Source: an uncultured Bacteroidales bacterium
GTDB lineage: Bacteria > Bacteroidota > Bacteroidia > Bacteroidales > DTU049
DNA: 64,000 bases
Direction: 5' to 3'
NCBI GenBank assembly: GCA_964388575.1
Contig: CAYMAZ010000008.1
Span: forward strand, 1,821-65,820
In this document: positions 58,473-64,000 of the stretch, piece after piece
How the letters are laid out: every line of letters begins with the position of its first letter
How positions within the stretch are numbered: position 1 is the first letter of the stretch
Translations under genes and position numbers: made by a program
Notes under the pieces: generated by a model
Told to the model about the DNA's origin: nothing
Databases searched by the model: none
What the model saw: only the letters and a program-made list of their open reading frames with translations

Positions 58473-59951
58473 ATGCAAACAAAAATAATTCTTTCGTTCG
58501 TTTTTTGTTTTGTATCTGTTCTTGTTGTTGATTCTCAAACAACACCTCAGATATCAGCAGACAGTCTGGAAAAACATGTATATTACCTTGCATCTGATGA
58601 ACTTCAGGGTCGAAATACCGGTTCTGAAGGTCAGAAAATAGCAGCAAAATACATTGCTGATTATTTCAATGATTTTGGTCTTATTCCTGCCGGAAACTCA
58701 GATAATAATCCTTATTTCCAGGAATTTTTCATATCAGAGCATACTGTTTTGTTCAGATTCCCAATGTATCAAAGCAAGATGATGCCATTTCAGAAATCAG
58801 CCCGACATAACTTCATATATTTCGGAACAGATGAAAATTCTGGAAAATGGCAGGATGAAACTATTTGTACAAACCCGGTGAATTGCTGTGAACATGTTCA
58901 AATGTTCAGGTTTTTCAGAGCAAATAACCTGAATGAAGTATTCGATTCCATAAGAATTTATCACCGGAACTGTCATAATAATAAATTCATCTGCCTTTTG
59001 CCGGCGCTGGAAATACGTGAAGTAGCAAAAGGACAACCTGAAAGAAACAGCTTGTTTTATTCTACTGATGGGGAAATAAAGTCTCTCACTTATGGCAACC
59101 CGGGAAAATATATTGATAACAGCCAATATTGTCTTGTCCGGGATTTTGTAACAGAGATGAAAGGTGTTGAACTGATCCTGGTCAGCCCTGACTTTCTTAT
59201 TGAACGGGGATATGTTCCTCACGAACCTTCAGGACTGGATTCAGTAAATTTCAGCATTTTTAAAGGTCGCATGCATGAAACAATCAATACTGAAAATGTG
59301 ATCGGATTTATTGAAGGAGGCAAAAATAAAAGTCAGGTCATCGTGATCGGAGCACATTACGACCATATTGGAACCGGAAAAGCCGGAATTTTTAACGGCG
59401 CTGATGACAATGCATCAGGGACAGCAGCTCTAATTGAGCTGGCCAGGCATTTTTCAATGGCCAAACAAAATGATGAACTTGATGGTAGAAGTATCCTCTT
59501 TATTGCTTTTACAGGCGAAGAGAAAGGTTTGCTTGGTTCGGATGTTTATATGCAGTTTCCCACTTTCTCCGTTGACTCAACTATTTTTATGCTAAACATG
59601 GATATGATCGGCCGACCTCCTTACCCTAATGACAAGAAAGGTGTTGTATTTTATGCATCTTATGGAAACAAAAAAAAGGACATAAAAAAAATTGTCAAAA
59701 AAAGTGGTCGTCAGATTGGAAGTGCAAAAGCATTTAAAAATTCAGGATTTCTAAACAGCTTTTTATGGCGCCATGGATCAGATCACGACAGATTTGTTAA
59801 TCAGGGGATTTCTTCTGTTGTTTTTTTTACTGGGTTACACGAAGATTATCACAAATCGACGGATACAGCAGAGAAATTAAATTACAAAAATATGTCTGAA
59901 ATTACGAAACTTATGTATCTGACTGCATACTACTTTATGAAAAACAACTGA
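58473..59951 (+). CDS. M28-family metallopeptidase (aminopeptidase)
   Basis: Signal peptide; GAHYDHIG, GADDNASGTAALIELAR, FTGEEKGLLGS. Confidence 0.88.
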   Translation: MQTKIILSFVFCFVSVLVVDSQTTPQISADSLEKHVYYLASDELQGRNTGSEGQKIAAKYIADYFNDFGLIPAGNSDNNPYFQEFFISEHTVLFRFPMYQSKMMPFQKSARHNFIYFGTDENSGKWQDETICTNPVNCCEHVQMFRFFRANNLNEVFDSIRIYHRNCHNNKFICLLPALEIREVAKGQPERNSLFYSTDGEIKSLTYGNPGKYIDNSQYCLVRDFVTEMKGVELILVSPDFLIERGYVPHEPSGLDSVNFSIFKGRMHETINTENVIGFIEGGKNKSQVIVIGAHYDHIGTGKAGIFNGADDNASGTAALIELARHFSMAKQNDELDGRSILFIAFTGEEKGLLGSDVYMQFPTFSVDSTIFMLNMDMIGRPPYPNDKKGVVFYASYGNKKKDIKKIVKKSGRQIGSAKAFKNSGFLNSFLWRHGSDHDRFVNQGISSVVFFTGLHEDYHKSTDTAEKLNYKNMSEITKLMYLTAYYFMKNN

Positions 59952-59994
59952 TACTCTTCATCAACCACTTGATTAATTGCAATTTGGCTTCTTT

Positions 59995-60627
59995 CTATTC
60001 GAAAAGAAATAGAAGTTTGTCACAGACGTCAGTGTCATCATCAATATGTAAGGTTTGAAAGCCAAACCTTACTGCTGCAGAAATATGCACCAGTGTATCA
60101 TCCACGAAAAGAATTTTCTGAACATCCGTCTCCAGTTCCTGTGCAACAGTCATGAAAATCCGTTTTTCTGGTTTTCTCATGCCCATTCTGAAAGAATAAA
60201 AAGCATGGTCAAATATTGATTCTAAGGATTCTTCACCCATGATTTTGATTTTTTGAGAGTAATATCTGTAATGAATTACATTGGTGTTGCTCAACAGAGC
60301 AATTCTGAATTTTTTTCTTATTTTTTTTAAAAACTCAATCCGATATTCAGGAAAATCAAGGATCATCGAATTCCAAGCATTGAGAAGTTGCTTATCAGAA
60401 ACATGATCTGGTAATAACTTTCTGATTTCATCAAAAAGCCTCGTTTGATCAATTTCGCCCCTGTCAAGCTTATCAAACAAACCTGATTGTGAATATTTAC
60501 CAAAGCAGGCACGGGAATCTTTCAACCCCAGTTGTTCCAGCTTATTCTGGGTTAAGGCAAAATCAATGTTGAGTATCACTCCCCCCAGATCAAAAACAAT
60601 AACCTCCGGATATTTCAGAACAATGAT
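59995..60627 (-). CDS. HAD-superfamily phosphatase, YihX-like; 5' end uncertain
   Basis: VIVFDLGGVILNIDF (motif I), LLSNTN (motif II), MRKPE and FVDD. The first canonical start (GTG 60579) lies downstream of the nucleophile Asp codon (60589-60591). The frame is open upstream to 60645 with no ATG, GTG or TTG. Confidence 0.7.
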   Translation of the reverse strand: MIVLKYPEVIVFDLGGVILNIDFALTQNKLEQLGLKDSRACFGKYSQSGLFDKLDRGEIDQTRLFDEIRKLLPDHVSDKQLLNAWNSMILDFPEYRIEFLKKIRKKFRIALLSNTNVIHYRYYSQKIKIMGEESLESIFDHAFYSFRMGMRKPEKRIFMTVAQELETDVQKILFVDDTLVHISAAVRFGFQTLHIDDDTDVCDKLLFLFE

Positions 60628-60637
60628 GTTTAAGGGT

Positions 60638-61837
60638 TTATTTATTTAAAGCTTTGATGGCAGGAAGTACTTTCCCCTCAAGATATTCAAGCATGGCGCC
60701 GCCTCCGGTTGAAACATATGAAACCTGATCGGCCAGATTGTATCTGTTGATTGCCGCCACACTGTCTCCACCTCCAATAAGCGAATAGGCTCCACGAATG
60801 GTGGCACTGGCAACCGATATTGCCATTGATTTTGTTCCCTGTTTAAACTTCTCAAATTCAAAAACACCAAGTGGACCATTCCACAAAATTGTTTCACTGC
60901 TGTTGACAATTTCCGCAAAACGTCTGATGCTTCTCTGTCCGATATCAAGGCCCATCCATTTATCAGGTATGCTGTCAGCTTCAGAATATTTAATCTCTGA
61001 TTCGTTGGAAAACCTGTCTGCAATGACGGCATCTACAGGCAGATATACATTCACTCCCTTACGCATCATTTCTGAAATCGCTTCCTTGGCAATACCAATC
61101 TTATCTTCTTCATAAATTGATGCCCCAACATTTCCTCCAAGGGCTTTGATAAAAGTAAATGACATTCCTCCTGCAATAATCAGATTATCAACCTTGTTGA
61201 TCAGATTTTTAATTACATCTATTTTGGAAGATACTTTAGCACCACCAATAATAGCTGTAAACGGCCTTTTATCAGCATTCAGGGCTTTATCAAGATTTTT
61301 GATCTCATCTTCAAGCAATAGTCCTGCGTATTTATCCTTTTTAAAATACTTGGCAACAGTTGCCGTTGATGCATGTTCACGATGCGCAGCACCAAATGCA
61401 TCATTGACATAAATATCTGCAAGTTCTGAAAGATTTTTTGCAAATTGTTCATCTGCCTTTTCTTCTTCATCATAAAACCTTAAATTCTCAAGAAGTGCTA
61501 TTGATCCTGGTTCCAAACCGGATAATATTTCTTTTGAACGTGGTCCGAATAACTCACGATCAAAAACTACATTTTTATTTAGAAGCTTTGTGAGATGAAT
61601 TGCGATGGGCATCAGTGAAAAACTGGGTTCGTGACCTTTGGGCCTCCCCAAATGTGACATCAGGATTGCGGCTCCTCCATCTTCAATGACTTTTAATATT
61701 GTTGGCAAAGACTCTCTGATTCTTGTATCATCAACAATTTCCTGATTCTGATTCAGAGGAACATTGAAATCAACCCTGATTAAAACTTTTTTGCCTCTGA
61801 AATTAACGTTTTCAATTCCATGCATATCTGTCAACAT
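60638..61837 (-). CDS. pgk: Phosphoglycerate kinase
   Basis: 399 aa. RVDFNVP, SHLGRPKG, GGAKVSSKI, GGGDS. Confidence 0.97.
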   Translation of the reverse strand: MLTDMHGIENVNFRGKKVLIRVDFNVPLNQNQEIVDDTRIRESLPTILKVIEDGGAAILMSHLGRPKGHEPSFSLMPIAIHLTKLLNKNVVFDRELFGPRSKEILSGLEPGSIALLENLRFYDEEEKADEQFAKNLSELADIYVNDAFGAAHREHASTATVAKYFKKDKYAGLLLEDEIKNLDKALNADKRPFTAIIGGAKVSSKIDVIKNLINKVDNLIIAGGMSFTFIKALGGNVGASIYEEDKIGIAKEAISEMMRKGVNVYLPVDAVIADRFSNESEIKYSEADSIPDKWMGLDIGQRSIRRFAEIVNSSETILWNGPLGVFEFEKFKQGTKSMAISVASATIRGAYSLIGGGDSVAAINRYNLADQVSYVSTGGGAMLEYLEGKVLPAIKALNK

Positions 61838-61914
61838 TTTTAAGTTCAGCGGATAAAATTAGAAAAAAAAACGTTGTGAACATTTAATTCAAATAAAATA
61901 TTGTTGTTTTTTAT

Positions 61915-63093
61915 CTATTCCGGGACAATCCAGTTTTGTGAATCTGAATTCCAATGCATTTCTCTGATGTTGAGATTGTTTGTCTGAAGGTGTTTACGGC
62001 TATCGTCAATAAATCTTGTCATCAGAGAATATGACTGAGCATCAAAAAAGTCTGGATTGTGTTCAAATTGAGAAACTGGAAGAATATAAAACTGCTTTTT
62101 TCCGTTAATCAACGGCGTCCAGACCCATGTGAGAATATACCCGGTTTCTACAATCTCAACAATATCTCCATACTTTCTGAATTTTATAAATAACATTGCC
62201 CCTCCATCACAATACTGTTGGCGCTGATTTGAAACATAGTTACCCAAAGAATAGGCTACCATCAGCTCCACATCGGGATTATCAGGATGTGTATACCTTT
62301 GCATCGGTTGAAGCACATGTGGGTGAGACCCGATTACAACACGTGCTCCGTTATTAAAACACAATTCTGCCAGCATTTCCTGATATTTATTCTGAATTCG
62401 TTCATATTCATTCCCCCAATGATAGCAAACGATGATTTCGTCCGGATTGAGGGTCTTAGCATGTAGTATGTCCTTTTTAATCAGCGCTGTATCTATTTGA
62501 TTCACTATTGTTGGAGCAGGAACAGGCAATCCGTTAAATCCATAGGAATAATTCAGCAGGGCAATTCTGAATCCATTCTGCTCAATAATCAGAGGATTAT
62601 TCTTTTCACGATCTGCAGAATCCAGAAAGGATCCTGTACGAAAAATCTCGAGACTGTCAACAACCTGAATGGTTCTGATAATACCCTTTTTTCCTCTGTC
62701 ACATGTATGATTATTGGCAAGCAGCAACACATCAATGCCTGCATTCTTTATCGCATTACCAATTTCATCAGGAGCACTAAACTGGGGATATCCCCGATAG
62801 GGCTTCCCTCCGAAAGTGAATTCAAGATTTGCAACTGTAATGTCTGCAATGTCATAAACATGCTTCACATATTGAAAACTATGATCATAAAAATATGATC
62901 TTGTCTTACTGTCCCATGCAGAACTGATTTGGGGCTCATGCTGCATAATATCACCCAGAAACAAAAAGCTCAGCTCAACTGTGTCTTCCTTTGCTGATTT
63001 TGTAAATTCATCCTGCACATCACTCTCAGGCAGTTTTGAGGTTGCTGCAAACAAGAATATTAAACCCAGAAGTATAAAGGTAATTTGTTTCAT
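61915..63093 (-). CDS. CapA-family (PGA_cap) metallophosphatase-like protein
   Basis: Signal peptide; FLGDIMQH, LANNHTCDRG, HWGNEY, GSHPHV. Confidence 0.85.
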   Translation of the reverse strand: MKQITFILLGLIFLFAATSKLPESDVQDEFTKSAKEDTVELSFLFLGDIMQHEPQISSAWDSKTRSYFYDHSFQYVKHVYDIADITVANLEFTFGGKPYRGYPQFSAPDEIGNAIKNAGIDVLLLANNHTCDRGKKGIIRTIQVVDSLEIFRTGSFLDSADREKNNPLIIEQNGFRIALLNYSYGFNGLPVPAPTIVNQIDTALIKKDILHAKTLNPDEIIVCYHWGNEYERIQNKYQEMLAELCFNNGARVVIGSHPHVLQPMQRYTHPDNPDVELMVAYSLGNYVSNQRQQYCDGGAMLFIKFRKYGDIVEIVETGYILTWVWTPLINGKKQFYILPVSQFEHNPDFFDAQSYSLMTRFIDDSRKHLQTNNLNIREMHWNSDSQNWIVPE

Positions 63094-63110
63094 AGGCTAT
63101 TGTGGGGCGG

Positions 63111-63118
63111 CAAAGTTA
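63111..63118 (-). promoter_or_regulatory. Putative -7 box (TAACTTTG)
   Basis: Exact TAnnTTTG match 17 nt upstream of ATG 63093. Confidence 0.45.
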
Positions 63119-63228
63119 TAAAAATTATAAATTAATCTACAGGAAACATATGTCGATACAGATAAGACTCATTCAAAATAAAATTTATAACATTTTAATA
63201 ATGTTGTATTTAATAACTCAATTTTCAC

Positions 63229-63236
63229 TAAATTTG
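63229..63236 (+). promoter_or_regulatory. Putative -7 box (TAAATTTG)
   Basis: Exact TAnnTTTG match 27 nt upstream of ATG 63264. Confidence 0.45.
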
Positions 63237-63263
63237 CAACTTCAAATTTAATATCAAAAACAT

Positions 63264-64000
63264 ATGATACTTATTAAAGATTGCGAAATATTTTCTCCGG
63301 AATATCTTGGGAAGAAAGATATCCTGATTGGAGGAAACAGTGTTATTGCCATATCGGATCAAATCTCAGTTCATGACGGCGTTGATACGGAAGTTATTGA
63401 CTGTAAGGGGTTAACAATGATCCCAGGTCTAATTGATGCACATGTTCACATTGCAGGCGCTGGCGGAGAAGGTGGACCTGCCACACGTACACCTGAACTA
63501 CAGCTAAGTCATATGATTCATGCTGGTGTAACTTCAGTCATCGGATGCCTCGGCACTGACGGTATGACACGAAGTGTTGAATCCGTTCTCATGAAAGCAA
63601 AGGCCCTGAAGCAGGAAGGTGTTTCTGCCTGGATTATGACAGGTGCTTACCAGATCCCCACACCTACAATACTAGGTGATGTTGGTAAAGATGTTGCCAT
63701 GATTGAAGAAGTGATTGGTGTCGGAGAAATTGCTCTTTCTGATCATCGCTCTTCATTTCCTTCAGCTTACGAACTTATCCGCCTTACTGAACATGCCCGT
63801 GTTGGAGGTATGCTCGGAGGGAAAGCAGGAATTGTCAACATACACATGGGTGATGCAAAGGATCCATTCAGACCCATTCATGAAGCAGTTGAAATGAGTG
63901 AACTGAAATACACACAGTTCTGGCCGACACATTGCAACCGAAACGATTATATATTTGAAGATGCAAAAGAATACGGTAAAAAAGGATATATTGATCTTAC
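63264..64000 (+). CDS. iadA: Isoaspartyl dipeptidase (beta-aspartyl peptidase), 3'-truncated by the window edge
   Basis: My own translation: MILIKDCEIFSPEYLGKKDILIGGNSVIAI...PGLIDAHVHIAGAGGEGGPATRTPEL...GVGEIALSDHRSS. The frame is open to position 64000. Confidence 0.85.
   Translation, partial: MILIKDCEIFSPEYLGKKDILIGGNSVIAISDQISVHDGVDTEVIDCKGLTMIPGLIDAHVHIAGAGGEGGPATRTPELQLSHMIHAGVTSVIGCLGTDGMTRSVESVLMKAKALKQEGVSAWIMTGAYQIPTPTILGDVGKDVAMIEEVIGVGEIALSDHRSSFPSAYELIRLTEHARVGGMLGGKAGIVNIHMGDAKDPFRPIHEAVEMSELKYTQFWPTHCNRNDYIFEDAKEYGKKGYIDL

Overview
A 64-kb chromosomal segment at roughly 35% GC (by eye). It looks like a Bacteroidota genome, for four reasons. (1) A cargo protein carries a T9SS-type C-terminal sorting domain. 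(2) There is a FecR anti-sigma factor with a DUF4974-like C-terminus next to an STN-domain protein. (3) A BatA-type double-transmembrane N-terminus is present, along with Bacteroidetes-style ParC and ParE. (4) Exact matches to the Bacteroidetes sigma-A -7 box TAnnTTTG sit 4-56 nt upstream of about 19 start codons.

I support 50 protein-coding genes; two are cut by the window edges. I found no tRNA, rRNA, CRISPR array, integrase or transposase. Most genes are housekeeping: gdhA, purL, pgk, pyrE, parE, parC, holA, rlmD, wecB, amn, and the start of iadA.

Best candidate for an undescribed system (6735-12372): an ECF sigma factor and a FecR anti-sigma factor are translationally coupled to an outer-membrane protein. 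That protein has the STN and carboxypeptidase-regulatory-like signalling extension of SusC/FecA transporters, but I could not recognise a plug or TonB-dependent barrel. Instead it carries about ten 16-residue GF-x-N...G-x-Q repeats and a short C-terminal barrel-like segment ending in Phe. A paralog without the STN domain and a DUF2807 (head GIN) lipoprotein follow.

Second candidate (12548-19509): a metallophosphoesterase is coupled to a membrane Cache-PAS-PAS-CBS-DUF294 putative nucleotidyltransferase. This pair converges on an operon encoding a DUF4212 small subunit, a sodium:solute symporter and a TPR protein. The small subunit carries an insertion of about 165 residues.

Third candidate (1-4905): tandem paralogs in which receiver domains are fused to a PPDK-type ATP-grasp with no phosphohistidine or PEP-binding domains.

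Smaller observations:
- an FNR-like four-cysteine pattern in a Crp-family regulator
- a perfect 12-bp inverted repeat in which both arms are -7 boxes
- apparently leaderless pyrE and parE
- divergent start codons sharing one CATG
- a YihX-like HAD hydrolase whose catalytic Asp lies upstream of any canonical start codon

All family assignments come from reading motifs in the translations. No database search was run.
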